Source: a virus
Lineage: Duplodnaviria > Caudoviricetes
Length of the DNA: 64,000 nucleotides
IMG/VR virus record: IMGVR_UViG_3300048881_000780
Direction: 5' to 3' (one strand)
The notes beneath the pieces were generated by a model that did not search any database, was not told the DNA's origin, and was given only the letters and a program-made list of their open reading frames with translations. Positions within the stretch are counted from its first letter, which is position 1. Each line of letters opens with the position of its first letter. A program made the position numbers and the translations under genes. Shown here piece by piece: positions 19,810 to 29,939 of this stretch.

Positions 19810-21900
19810 ATGAAATCACTAAAATCTCCCCAAAAAGTAACTAGAGCTTGCAATAATTTCGAGACCTTAATTAATGACGCCAAAAAAGGAAATTTACTTA
19901 CCAAGGTAACTGTCGAAAGCAAGAAAGTTGAAACAGTGATGGAATTATCTACTCTAGAGGTCATTAAAAAACTATTAAATAATAAAACTATTAGGCCATA
20001 CTCAAAAGAATTTGAAATCATAAAGATGGTTAGTGATGAGGCCAAAGTTCAGGCCTTTGATAGTGATTTTAAAACCCTGGTAAATAGATGTCACTTAATT
20101 AGTGAAAATACACTGGGGATTTTAGAGAAAAGTGCCACTGAAGCAAGGCTTGAGATTAAAAATAAGGCCATTCAAACTTTTTTAAAAGCACTTGAGAAAA
20201 AGAATAAGGTTGGCGAGAAGACTCAAAGCCTGGCCACGAGCTTAATTGGAAAAGGCATCTTGACCAACGTAAAGCTTGAGCGCGACAAAGGATTAGATTA
20301 TATAAAAATCAGCTTTTCAAAATCAATGAAATCTAAAATTGAAAATGAAAGCTTTCTAACTAAAACCCAAAAGAAAACTAAAACTAGAACGTTTAATGCA
20401 AAATTATATATCTCTGAGATAAAAGAAAAAACTAGTGTTTCTCAAGATGTTGAAACTGATGAAAATGGGAAGATTTTAAAAGTTGTCGGAAATAAGAAGA
20501 TAGACTCATCGATTGTTGTAACAATGGAGCTACATAGAGAGAAAGTTAAACTTCCTCTATTTAAAAAAGATCTTACACTAACTGGTTACAATATCTTATC
20601 AAATATTAGCGAGAGTATAGAGTACTTCTCTGACTCTCTTGAAAATAAAACTCCACTAATTACTCTCTTAACTAAGCATTTATTTGTGGGACTATATGAT
20701 CAAGTAAAAGAGTATCAAGAAAAAGAGCTCCAACGACTTGATCTTGGTAATGTTGAAAAAAAGCTCAAAGAAATTATTTTAAGCTCTAAAAGTCTTGAAC
20801 CCCAAGGTTTCTTCTGTCATGAGAAAAAAGATACTCAAGTAGGAGAAATTGCTTACAGAAACCATGATTCTTACAATCAATCAAAAGTCTCTAAGGCCAT
20901 AAGAAGTAGAACTGAGTACGAAAACCACAAAGATTTGGGTGTAAAAGTAACCAAGAAAATGGAGCAAGGAACTAAACTACACCAATTCTTGCTTGAGAGA
21001 GTGAAATTTAAAAACGAAATGATTATTGAAGAAGATTACTCTTTTTCAAAACACCAACTTGAAGTTTTAAAATTATTTAAAAATGTTATTAAAAGAGATG
21101 ATTTAAATAAATTTGAAAATATCCATAAAACAATTACAGAAAGGTATCCCGTTGTATCTCAAATTTTAAAAGAATCACTAAATGAAATTACATTCTTTCA
21201 TCATGACAAAGTTAAATTAACTAAAAATTCAATCAAATCTGGATTATATGATTTAACAGATCATGGTAGACAGGCCGAGTTAACAAACGTAAATGTTGTC
21301 TGTAAAGGAAAGTTAGATATTTACGTTGATAAACCATCAAAGAAGTTAAGAGATCTAATTAATGAGCATCTCGCACCTGAGGGACTAAGACCTCTAGCTG
21401 AAGATGACGTGATCATGGCCGATATAAAGTATACTGCTGATTATATCCCTGAAGATTTTCACTCTAAGAACTTTAAAAACAATCAATTCTACCCGATTCA
21501 GGTAGGACATTACTCCAGGGCCATAGAGGTTATTGATAATAAGAAACTTGCTGACATTAGAGTTTTCTATATTCTAATTGACAGTAAAACTGAGGTTAAC
21601 CCTGAAGTAAATATTTTAGAGATTCCTTATGGTGATGTTGAGTTTTTTGCAAGAAACTATAGAGATCATGTCCTATCTAAGGCCGCACTATTTGACGGAC
21701 TTTTTGACGACTACTTAAAGAAGAAGAAAATTAAAGTTGAATGGTCTAACAAGGGTCGCTTAATCCAATCAATCCCTCTATTTGGTGAACCAGGGGGAGG
21801 TTTTTTAAAGCACGGCAACAATATGGGCCTTGATATAAATGGCACGAATTTAAAAGATAAGAACAACTCGAAGAAAAAAGATCTTAAAAAGGCGAGCTAA
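19810..21900 (+). CDS. RecE/exonuclease VIII-like PD-(D/E)XK nuclease with long N-terminal extension
   Basis: NQSKV, GTKLHQFLLE, CKGKLD, ADIK, YPIQVGHY motifs; start after AAAGGA. Confidence 0.75.
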   Translation: MKSLKSPQKVTRACNNFETLINDAKKGNLLTKVTVESKKVETVMELSTLEVIKKLLNNKTIRPYSKEFEIIKMVSDEAKVQAFDSDFKTLVNRCHLISENTLGILEKSATEARLEIKNKAIQTFLKALEKKNKVGEKTQSLATSLIGKGILTNVKLERDKGLDYIKISFSKSMKSKIENESFLTKTQKKTKTRTFNAKLYISEIKEKTSVSQDVETDENGKILKVVGNKKIDSSIVVTMELHREKVKLPLFKKDLTLTGYNILSNISESIEYFSDSLENKTPLITLLTKHLFVGLYDQVKEYQEKELQRLDLGNVEKKLKEIILSSKSLEPQGFFCHEKKDTQVGEIAYRNHDSYNQSKVSKAIRSRTEYENHKDLGVKVTKKMEQGTKLHQFLLERVKFKNEMIIEEDYSFSKHQLEVLKLFKNVIKRDDLNKFENIHKTITERYPVVSQILKESLNEITFFHHDKVKLTKNSIKSGLYDLTDHGRQAELTNVNVVCKGKLDIYVDKPSKKLRDLINEHLAPEGLRPLAEDDVIMADIKYTADYIPEDFHSKNFKNNQFYPIQVGHYSRAIEVIDNKKLADIRVFYILIDSKTEVNPEVNILEIPYGDVEFFARNYRDHVLSKAALFDGLFDDYLKKKKIKVEWSNKGRLIQSIPLFGEPGGGFLKHGNNMGLDINGTNLKDKNNSKKKDLKKAS

Positions 21901-22316
21901 TGGAATATATTAAGCACGCCGCGATTAGGTCAGTAAATGGACTTATTATAAAAGGAAAGAGTCACTCTAAATGTTTTAAAAACATGAATAAATCATTTGG
22001 TGAAGTTGAATCGTCAGGCTTTTTAACTAGTGATAATCGCTATGTTAATAGAAAAGAAGGCGCCGTCATTGCTTTTAAAGCAAATCAAATTAGAAAGGAG
22101 ATAAAAATTCTCTCATCTGAGCACCTATGGTGTCCAACTTATCAAGGTGAATTTAACTATTGTCACGAAAATGGATATGTAAAGAGAGGAAATCTACAAG
22201 AAGAGATTGAATCGATCCTACATCCTTGTAATTCTACTTATAAGTGTAGTCGAGAAAAAACGGCCAAGAGAATTATAATGAAGCTACAAGAATTAAATAT
22301 TTTAAATAGAGAGTAG
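21900..22316 (+). CDS. Phage-type conserved hypothetical protein
   Basis: GFLT..RYV.R.E...IA...NQ....L.SE.LW pattern recalled from phage proteins. Confidence 0.7.
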   Translation: MEYIKHAAIRSVNGLIIKGKSHSKCFKNMNKSFGEVESSGFLTSDNRYVNRKEGAVIAFKANQIRKEIKILSSEHLWCPTYQGEFNYCHENGYVKRGNLQEEIESILHPCNSTYKCSREKTAKRIIMKLQELNILNRE

Positions 22317-22318
22317 TT

Positions 22319-22816
22319 ATGAGTTTTAAAGATTATCCAATTGGTTCTCACTGGGCAAATGAATCTGGACTCATTTATGAGTTAATTTTAAATGGTGAAA
22401 TTACCGATTTTAGAGATGGTCATCCATTCATTTATCCATCATGCACCCTAAGAGAGCTTAATGGCAAAAAAACTATAACCGTTCCTTGCGCTAATATGGA
22501 ATCAATTCTATTTAGAACTGTTCTTCCAAAGCTACCTGATGATCACCAAGAGATGCTCAAAAGTAGCCTTGAATTATTCTCAAAGGCGCTAGATATGGCC
22601 AGCGAGGGGAAGTATACATCCAATAAGGAAATGCAATATAAAATAGAAGTGGCCGCAGAAAATCTAAGCTCATCTTACTTGGATCTTACATTTAGAGGTG
22701 ACGATAGTGGTTATTGTCATGAACAAACGATGGATTTTCTTAAATCATATACTAAGTACATCATCATACATTTAGAAGTTCTCAAATCTATAAAAAAGGA
22801 TGATAAGAGCGCCTAG
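22319..22816 (+). CDS. Hypothetical protein
   Basis: 165-aa ORF in operon. Confidence 0.65.
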   Translation: MSFKDYPIGSHWANESGLIYELILNGEITDFRDGHPFIYPSCTLRELNGKKTITVPCANMESILFRTVLPKLPDDHQEMLKSSLELFSKALDMASEGKYTSNKEMQYKIEVAAENLSSSYLDLTFRGDDSGYCHEQTMDFLKSYTKYIIIHLEVLKSIKKDDKSA

Positions 22817-24705
22817 AAGTCTAATTTAGGAGCCTCTCCCTCTTCTTTATTTTCAATCTGGTCTTCTTCACTAGATTCAGAGCTACCTTTTATTAAGTCA
22901 TCAGCAAGAGAACCAGAAGGATTCTCTTCTTTCTTTATCTGATCAAGTACCTCTGGGTCAGCTAGTACTAGGTCTTTATATAAACTATTGTAAAAGTTCT
23001 CTTTTCTATTTTCTTTCTCATTATCTATAAATCTAGCATGAGTAAGTAAGTCATCTAATCTTAAATCAAAGAAATTAGATGCCTCTTCTCCTTTAGGAGT
23101 GGTATTTCTCTTAAGAGGGGAAATATCTTGAAAAGAAACAGATACTAGACCTTTAATAGTAATATCTTTATCAGCGTGCATTTCTCGTACATATGACTGA
23201 GCTTGGTTTACTAGTTTTTTATAATCAAAGGTTTTTTCTTCAAAGAAACTACTGGCCTTCATTCTTGGTTTAAGAGTTATATAAGCGTAGTATTCTCCTC
23301 CTCTAGAGCAAATACCATTTATATCAAAACTGGCATTAGGAATTTCTTCTGTTTCAAAGCCAAAGTAGTTAATTAGTCTCTTGGCCATAAATGGGATATC
23401 TTCCAAGAAGATTTTAGAGTTATTTAATACCCCTTCAAAAGGGAAGTTATTAATTAAATACTCTAATCCTTCACTGGCCATGGCCTCTTTATATTCATTT
23501 GCTTTGTGACTTAGAAGCATTCCTCTAAACTTTGGTACATCTTTATTTAGTTTATAAAATAATTCATCAGTAATAAATGGAAACTGAAATAATCCCTCAC
23601 GACTGTAACCTCTTCCTTTAATTGGGCCCAACTCAGCCGCAACCTCAAGATTAAAACCTGAAGATAGAGAAGCATTTGTCACTCTGTGAGACAAAGGATT
23701 TAAAAGTCCGGCCTTAAGATCTGTTGGTATCTCAGCGCTGGATGCACTCTGAGTAATTATAATAAGATCCATCATTGCAGATCTTCCCTCTTTGGCAACA
23801 CGCTTTAAAATATTAGCGATTGTACCAACACGGTCTTTATTGTCTATAAATGACATTTCATCAGAGTTAATTATCGCGTGAAACTCTTCCATCACTACAA
23901 CAAATAAGGCCACGGGAGGAAGAGGCTCTAGATTTCTCATTCTTTCAATACTTTCAGAATGAACGCTTCGGCCCTTTTTTATATCTTTAAAAGAATCGTG
24001 AATATCTTCATCCCACTCAAGTACATTGGCATCAATTTGAATATTGAAAAGCTCAAGTAAATTAGATTCAACTAAGATCGTATTCTTAGTTGTATCTGGT
24101 CTACTCTTGGAGTAGTGCATTTTTTCACTTTGATTATCCTTGTATACGTAGAGCTCTTCACCTTCAAGAGATTTAAGATCTAGAGATTCACTACTCAGTT
24201 TTGGGTATAGGTGTTCATTAAATGCTTGTCTATAGATCTCTAGATTCTTCTCGTAAGTGTACACATTATTAGAAGACCAAAGAGTAAAGAATTTATGACC
24301 TCTGGCGTTCATCTCATTTTCAATCATATAGAACATTGAAAATAATTTTCTCTTATCTCTAACCGCCGCCGCCGCGTTATCTAAATTTAAAACTTTATTG
24401 TAATCACCCATTGCCTTATCTGACATATCAATCATAGCAAAGAAAGTGGCCTCTCCACTTGTCAGCTGTAATGTATCAACAATTCCTCTACCAGTAATAG
24501 ACTTACCAGAACCCATACTACCAACAATACCAATACCAGGCTCTTCCACCGGATCTTTTGTCACAAAACCATTGGCACTCTCCCCAATTCCCAGAAAGAA
24601 TGTTCTAAAGTGTTTCGGATTTTTTACATATTCTATAAACGCACTCTTATCGATTCGATTCGGTTGATATTTTCCCTCAAAGAGAAACTTAAATGGATTT
24701 TTCAT
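22813..24705 (-). CDS. FtsK/SpoIIIE-like (coupling-protein-like) ATPase
   Basis: GSMGSGKS, VVVMEEFH, EGRSAMMDLIIITQ, GRG motifs; no N-terminal TM. Confidence 0.78.
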   Translation of the reverse strand: MKNPFKFLFEGKYQPNRIDKSAFIEYVKNPKHFRTFFLGIGESANGFVTKDPVEEPGIGIVGSMGSGKSITGRGIVDTLQLTSGEATFFAMIDMSDKAMGDYNKVLNLDNAAAAVRDKRKLFSMFYMIENEMNARGHKFFTLWSSNNVYTYEKNLEIYRQAFNEHLYPKLSSESLDLKSLEGEELYVYKDNQSEKMHYSKSRPDTTKNTILVESNLLELFNIQIDANVLEWDEDIHDSFKDIKKGRSVHSESIERMRNLEPLPPVALFVVVMEEFHAIINSDEMSFIDNKDRVGTIANILKRVAKEGRSAMMDLIIITQSASSAEIPTDLKAGLLNPLSHRVTNASLSSGFNLEVAAELGPIKGRGYSREGLFQFPFITDELFYKLNKDVPKFRGMLLSHKANEYKEAMASEGLEYLINNFPFEGVLNNSKIFLEDIPFMAKRLINYFGFETEEIPNASFDINGICSRGGEYYAYITLKPRMKASSFFEEKTFDYKKLVNQAQSYVREMHADKDITIKGLVSVSFQDISPLKRNTTPKGEEASNFFDLRLDDLLTHARFIDNEKENRKENFYNSLYKDLVLADPEVLDQIKKEENPSGSLADDLIKGSSESSEEDQIENKEEGEAPKLDF

Positions 24706-24831
24706 AATTTACCTCATTATTATTATATTTTTTTTGAGGTAATGATTTTGTTAGCTAAGTAGCTTAAATATGGTGAATTATTTTTCTAGATATTTGAAAG
24801 AAACCACTCGAGGTTAGACTATAATATAATT

Positions 24832-24904
24832 ACAGAGAGACAATAACGTCTCCTCCTGTCTTGTTGTTTTACTAAATCCCTCTTATTTTAAGAGGGATTT
24901 TTTT
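24832..24904 (+). ncRNA. Candidate sRNA with anti-SD motif GUCUCCUCCU
   Basis: CCACT-N11-TATAAT promoter 24804-24825; 5' hairpin; terminator 24874-24904 with + strand U-tract; no ORF; flanking genes both on minus strand. Confidence 0.6.
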
Positions 24905-24907
24905 GGA

Positions 24908-25486
24908 CTAGATATCAAAAATATCTCTTCTTAGAAGTTTTAAATAATTAAAGCAGAAACTAAGTGGATCTCTTCTCTCTTCAATTAATTTAAATGAATC
25001 CTTTTTTTTGAAAATCATCAATGGATGAAGTAATTCTTTAAATTCTTTTAAATAGAGAGATGAGAAATCTATTATATTGTAGTGAAACTTAGGATGAGAA
25101 GAAATGTGATTCATCCCATGTCTTGATAATTCCTTAAAGCAGAATCTAGATAGCGAGCGCCCTAGTAGGTAAATGCCTTCATTGTCACAACTATTAATAT
25201 CTTCATTACTCATAAAGTCACTAAATCTAGTTTTTAACTCTTCTGGAGCAATTAGCTCATAAGTTCTTTGCTCACCTTTTAAAATCTTCTGGTACCAATT
25301 GTAATGCATTTTATGGGCCTTATCTTCCCAGTTAATATCCTCATCGTACTTAAAGGCCAAACAAAGACGAGGTTGATCAGTAAGTTTACCAACTCCAGTA
25401 TCAAATACCATCGATAGACCTAGAATCCTAGATTCACTTGATAGTCCTGAGGTTGCAATTTTTAATACCATAACTGGTTTTCTCAT
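24908..25486 (-). CDS. DEDDh 3'-5' exonuclease-like protein, probably inactive
   Basis: VLKIATSGL in place of xxDxETTGL. Confidence 0.6.
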   Translation of the reverse strand: MRKPVMVLKIATSGLSSESRILGLSMVFDTGVGKLTDQPRLCLAFKYDEDINWEDKAHKMHYNWYQKILKGEQRTYELIAPEELKTRFSDFMSNEDINSCDNEGIYLLGRSLSRFCFKELSRHGMNHISSHPKFHYNIIDFSSLYLKEFKELLHPLMIFKKKDSFKLIEERRDPLSFCFNYLKLLRRDIFDI

Positions 25487-26088
25487 TAACTGGCCTTCTT
25501 AACTTCGAATAATTCGCGATTTAAATTCTCTGCTAAATCATCATTAACATCACCATCGCTAATTATTTTTATATTTATATTATCTTTTTTAAAGTCGCCT
25601 CGATTATACATTTCCATAAATGTTTTTCGAGTATCAGCTCTTTGGTCTCGAAGAGAGTCATTGCCAGCTCCATGAGATCTAAGAAGATCATCTGATACTG
25701 CAAAATAAACAACACTCATATCGACACTAATCCCTCTAGTTTTTAACATATCGATCGTGTCATTAATGGCCTCTGGGGTTGCTACAAAAATTCCAGTGGT
25801 CTCACTATTGATTAAATCTTCATAGAGATGCATTTCAGTACCATAGATATTTCCACCATATTCAACAGATTGAAGGAATCTATCGTTTTCAAGTTTTTTG
25901 AGCATTTCAATTCTATCTCTGAAAAAGTAGTGAATACCATCTTTCTCTCCTTCCCTCATTTTTCTAGAAGTTGAAGAAATGATTCTCTTAAAGTTTCCTA
26001 TTTTTAAAAGTCTTTCCTGTAAATGTGTTTTCCCACAATAAGAAGGACCTACTAGAATTAACATTTTTATTAGATTTTCTGTGTGCAT
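25486..26088 (-). CDS. gmk: Guanylate kinase-like protein
   Basis: GPSYCGKT, SSTSRKMREGEKDGIHYFF, GNIYGT. Confidence 0.85.
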   Translation of the reverse strand: MHTENLIKMLILVGPSYCGKTHLQERLLKIGNFKRIISSTSRKMREGEKDGIHYFFRDRIEMLKKLENDRFLQSVEYGGNIYGTEMHLYEDLINSETTGIFVATPEAINDTIDMLKTRGISVDMSVVYFAVSDDLLRSHGAGNDSLRDQRADTRKTFMEMYNRGDFKKDNINIKIISDGDVNDDLAENLNRELFEVKKAS

Positions 26089-26110
26089 AAATGCTCCTTT
26101 ATTTACAATT

Positions 26111-26127
26111 ATAACACACGGCGTTAA
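26111..26127. promoter_or_regulatory. Palindromic operator copy (ATAACACACGGCGTTAA)
   Basis: Upstream of gmk-like gene. Confidence 0.7.
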
Positions 26128-26177
26128 TAAATAGAAGCACTATTAAATAACTTAAAATAGTAAAAATAGGAGCATTT

Positions 26178-26492
26178 ATGAAATTTGAAATTACAGATAT
26201 CGAGAACTTTCTAAGTAACCAAAAATTCAACAAGAAAGATGACAATTTCTTCTTTAAGGGAGAGTTAAGCGGATATCTCATTAAGGTAGAAATTTTAAAT
26301 AATCTAATATCAGTGCAATTCAACCTAAGAGAACATGAGTTTTCAAAAACTTATAACTTAAATGATGCTAAATCTATTAGAAACTTCTATATTAACACTA
26401 CAGAAGTCGTTAGAATGTCTCATGTAATAGAAGGATCATTTACTACTATGGCAAATGCTATTTTTTCAATTGAAGATATCTTAAGGAAGTAA
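26178..26492 (+). CDS. Hypothetical protein
   Basis: AGGAG SD; GCACT-N11-TAAAAT promoter. Confidence 0.7.
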   Translation: MKFEITDIENFLSNQKFNKKDDNFFFKGELSGYLIKVEILNNLISVQFNLREHEFSKTYNLNDAKSIRNFYINTTEVVRMSHVIEGSFTTMANAIFSIEDILRK

Positions 26493-26518
26493 AAAATGGC
26501 CTCAGAGAGAGGCCATTT
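26491..26518. terminator. Bidirectional terminator
   Basis: AAATGGCCTC-loop-GAGGCCATTT between convergent genes. Confidence 0.75.
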
Positions 26519-26525
26519 ATAGATT

Positions 26526-27122
26526 CTAAGCTCTTAATTCGTTAAATATACTAGTTAGGACTTTATAACTTAAGTTAACGTCATATTCTTCCATCAGAAG
26601 GCCAGGCTCATATCTTACGACTCCTACAACGGCCTTAACAATGCGATCTTCCGCATCTTGAGTAAGCGTAACTCCAGCTAGCTCAAAAATATCAGAAAAG
26701 TACTCTCTTCTAAAAGTTGTCTCGTAATCATGTAGGTTAATATTTTCAGAGATGATTCGCTCCCTTCCCACTACTCGAGAAAGAACTTCAATACTTAGCT
26801 CATCAACACTTCTATCTCTATTCTTAGATGGAACGACTACTCTACCCTTTACTGGCATTACTCTTTTTGAACTATTGGCCACAGGAAGCTTAACTCCGTC
26901 CTCTGGCTTAACTCTTGGGTCAATTGTCCCCATAGCAGACGCTTTTCTTAATTTGTTGAATTTTTCACTCTTATCTACTGAAAGACATTTAGTCTTACCT
27001 GTTAGTAGCTTATGAATTCCCGTATGGTGAAAACCTAGGTGTCTAGCAACCATAGCTCCTGAAACATCATACTCATTCATAAATGCTTTAATTTCTTCTT
27101 TTGTTGTTCTTGGTGTTTCCAT
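26526..27122 (-). CDS. HTH (XRE-like) DNA-binding protein; candidate master repressor
   Basis: VSGAMVARHLGFHHTGIHKLLTGK helix-turn-helix; operator in its own promoter. Confidence 0.7.
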   Translation of the reverse strand: METPRTTKEEIKAFMNEYDVSGAMVARHLGFHHTGIHKLLTGKTKCLSVDKSEKFNKLRKASAMGTIDPRVKPEDGVKLPVANSSKRVMPVKGRVVVPSKNRDRSVDELSIEVLSRVVGRERIISENINLHDYETTFRREYFSDIFELAGVTLTQDAEDRIVKAVVGVVRYEPGLLMEEYDVNLSYKVLTSIFNELRA

Positions 27123-27168
27123 TGTTTTCTCCGTTAAGTGTGTGTTATATTTAATGTGTATTTAAATA

Positions 27169-27185
27169 ATAACACCTTGCGTTAA
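27169..27185. promoter_or_regulatory. Palindromic operator copy (ATAACACCTTGCGTTAA)
   Basis: Upstream of HTH gene. Confidence 0.7.
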
Positions 27186-27204
27186 CTTTGCCAACAACAG
27201 GAAA

Positions 27205-29448
27205 TTATTTCAGATAAAAACCTTCATTATCTGTGTAATTTAAGGTCATTACATCACTTAATTTCGCACTTTCTTCCATTTTTGAAATAATTGCTTCACT
27301 TAGAACACGAGAGACCGCCTTTTCAATATCGCGCCCCCCATAGTTGATAAAATTACTACTCTTTAAAATCTCATCTACTGCAATATCTGTTGGATTAATC
27401 TGCCATTTACCATTAGTTAATTTCTTAATTTTTGAAAATAGAATCTCTCTGGCCACATCTTCATCAATACCATTAAAGTAAACAATCTTATCGATTCTAC
27501 CCATGACTTCAGGTTTAAAGTACTTGTAAATCTCAGAGCTATCTACCTCGTGAGAGCTCTTTTCTTTATTTTCTGCAAGAGATATAGAGTTTCTCTTCTT
27601 TTTACCTGTTCCTAAATTTGTAGTTAGAAAAACCATACAATTAGAAAAATCTGTAACCTTTCCTGTTGAACTTGTTAGTCTGGCCGATCCTAAAATCTGT
27701 AATAGTATATTTTGAAAGTCTGGATGGGCCTTTTCTACTTCATCAAATAAAATAATGGATCTTGGGTGTTTTTCTATTTCATTAGTTAGAATACCACCCT
27801 GATCAAATCCTGCGTAACCTGGAGGAGCACCAATTAACTTGGATATACTGTGTTTTTCCTCATATTCTGATAAATCAAATCTTACGAAATGAAAATCATC
27901 CATTTTTGATAATTCTAATACTGTGGCAGTTTTACCAACCCCTGATTTTCCTGCAAGAATAAAATTACCCAAAGTTGTATTTTCAACGTCACCAAGACCA
28001 ACTTCTTTAACCATTATGGACTTAGTTATCTCATCAATATTTAGATCTTGACCTTTTATTACATCTTTTAAATGATTTGAACGTAAATCTCTTTTCTCGC
28101 TAAGTGAAAGGTTGTGGTCTTTTATTTTCTTGTTAGAAAGTTTTTCAATACAAGAGTTTATATGCTCAATCTGAACTGCTTCTTCATTTTTTAATTTTGC
28201 CATAGCGAAACTATTATCTAATACATCAATAGCAACATCTGGCATCACTCTATCTAAAAAGTATTTTGGAGTGGTTTTAATTATATATTCAATATTTTCA
28301 TCTGAGCATTTAAGGGAGTGAAAGTTAGATAAATCTGTACTTCTATCATTAATAATATTCTTTACCACACTTTCACCCGGTGGATTTAGACTAAGCATAG
28401 AGAAACGCCTTTTAAACGCCTCGTCTTTATTAAAGTGCTTTAGATACTCATCTTCCGTCGTACATCCAATAATGATCAAATCACTCTCTTTTAAATGCGG
28501 TTTAAATAAATCCATTAAAGGTGGTGAATTAACTCCCCCTACAGAAGTAAGTGAGTGAATCTCATCAATAAAGAGAATGATCTTTCCATGAGTCTTAGTC
28601 ATTTCATTTAATTCTTTAAATAATGACTCTACTCTACCTTCAATTTCACCTCTCATCATAGTTCCGGCCATAAATGAGGCCATACTAAATTCAAATATTT
28701 TAGTATTAGCATCAAGACTTGTTTTAGAATCTCTCACTTTATTAAAGAATCCATAACAAAAACTAGTCTTACCAATTCCCGCTTGACCAACCACAATCGC
28801 GTTTTTCTTATATTTTCTAAGGCAGATAAACTCAAGTTCACTCTCCTCTTCCCTAGAAGTAAATTCTTGATGTCTAGTGTACTCTGTTAGAAACGACAAT
28901 TTCTTATCACTTTTTTCTTGAGCATCTCCACTATTTGAGCTTTTATTGACCCTCTTATTAAGTTCAATTGCCAATTGATTCGCTCTATCTAGAACTTTTT
29001 TATTATTTAATAAACGACCAAGAACAGTCATATCGCTAATAAGTCTTGCATGAGTGGCAACTGATATAATATTAATATTTTTTGGATCACCAAATTTAAG
29101 AATTGTATTCATTAAATAAGAGGACTCTGTATTCATAGAAGCGATATACTTCATACCTTTCTCTTTTCTTAAACTATCTGGATAGACAGGGTCACTCTTA
29201 GTGGCCTCAATCTTAGCTTCCATTTCTTCTAACGTAAGAATCTTCTTAGCTGAGTTTTCAATTCTTTCTTGAATAATTTTTCTAACACTAGTCAGATCAA
29301 CACCCGTTAATAGATAATCTTGAACAAAGGCACTCTCTAAAAAGGCCATGCCTATTACATCTATATCAATATTTGCAAAATAGTACTTATTGCAAATTTC
29401 ATGGGATCTTACTAGTAGGTCATAAATTGTTGTAATATCTTTTCTCAT
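27205..29448 (-). CDS. ClpA-like AAA+ ATPase (two AAA modules, no ClpB M-domain)
   Basis: GQAGIGKT/FIDEIH and GKSGVGKT/LFDEVEKAHP; SKLIGAPPGYAG. Confidence 0.9.
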   Translation of the reverse strand: MRKDITTIYDLLVRSHEICNKYYFANIDIDVIGMAFLESAFVQDYLLTGVDLTSVRKIIQERIENSAKKILTLEEMEAKIEATKSDPVYPDSLRKEKGMKYIASMNTESSYLMNTILKFGDPKNINIISVATHARLISDMTVLGRLLNNKKVLDRANQLAIELNKRVNKSSNSGDAQEKSDKKLSFLTEYTRHQEFTSREEESELEFICLRKYKKNAIVVGQAGIGKTSFCYGFFNKVRDSKTSLDANTKIFEFSMASFMAGTMMRGEIEGRVESLFKELNEMTKTHGKIILFIDEIHSLTSVGGVNSPPLMDLFKPHLKESDLIIIGCTTEDEYLKHFNKDEAFKRRFSMLSLNPPGESVVKNIINDRSTDLSNFHSLKCSDENIEYIIKTTPKYFLDRVMPDVAIDVLDNSFAMAKLKNEEAVQIEHINSCIEKLSNKKIKDHNLSLSEKRDLRSNHLKDVIKGQDLNIDEITKSIMVKEVGLGDVENTTLGNFILAGKSGVGKTATVLELSKMDDFHFVRFDLSEYEEKHSISKLIGAPPGYAGFDQGGILTNEIEKHPRSIILFDEVEKAHPDFQNILLQILGSARLTSSTGKVTDFSNCMVFLTTNLGTGKKKRNSISLAENKEKSSHEVDSSEIYKYFKPEVMGRIDKIVYFNGIDEDVAREILFSKIKKLTNGKWQINPTDIAVDEILKSSNFINYGGRDIEKAVSRVLSEAIISKMEESAKLSDVMTLNYTDNEGFYLK

Positions 29449-29643
29449 ACCCCTATTTTAAAAATCCAAGAGTGGGAATATTAAAAAATTAAAACGTAAA
29501 GCACTGATAATTCATAATATAAAAATTATTTTTTTTAAAATAAAGGCCAAAACTCTCTCTATTGAGTCCCAAAGACAACAATGGAGAGTTTTATGAAATT
29601 GAAAATTAACGTAGTGATCAAAGTGACAATTAGAGTTGAGGTG

Positions 29644-29883
29644 CTAATCTCTATCTTCTTTGTGCATTTGGTAGAACTCTTCTCTATCCTCATTAGTTAG
29701 AGGGTGAGAACCTTTGTCAATATTTAGCAATTGGGTATAGAACTCTAAACAAGTTAATATGCGTGAGTGCTCTGGTTTAGATGAGTCTAGTTGATGATCC
29801 AGAAGTTCTCTTATATGAGATTCATCTACTTTACTTATCTTCGCATACATTTTTATGAATTTGTTTTTTTGAGACTTATTCAT
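29644..29883 (-). CDS. Hypothetical protein
   Basis: 79-aa ORF. Confidence 0.55.
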   Translation of the reverse strand: MNKSQKNKFIKMYAKISKVDESHIRELLDHQLDSSKPEHSRILTCLEFYTQLLNIDKGSHPLTNEDREEFYQMHKEDRD

Positions 29884-29900
29884 GATTAAGAAAGATATAT

Positions 29901-29928
29901 AAAGGGGATAATTTTGTTATCCCCTTTT
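29901..29928 (-). terminator. Terminator after ssb copy 1
   Basis: AAAGGGGATA-loop-TATCCCCTTT. Confidence 0.7.
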
Positions 29929-29939
29929 AACTATTTAAG

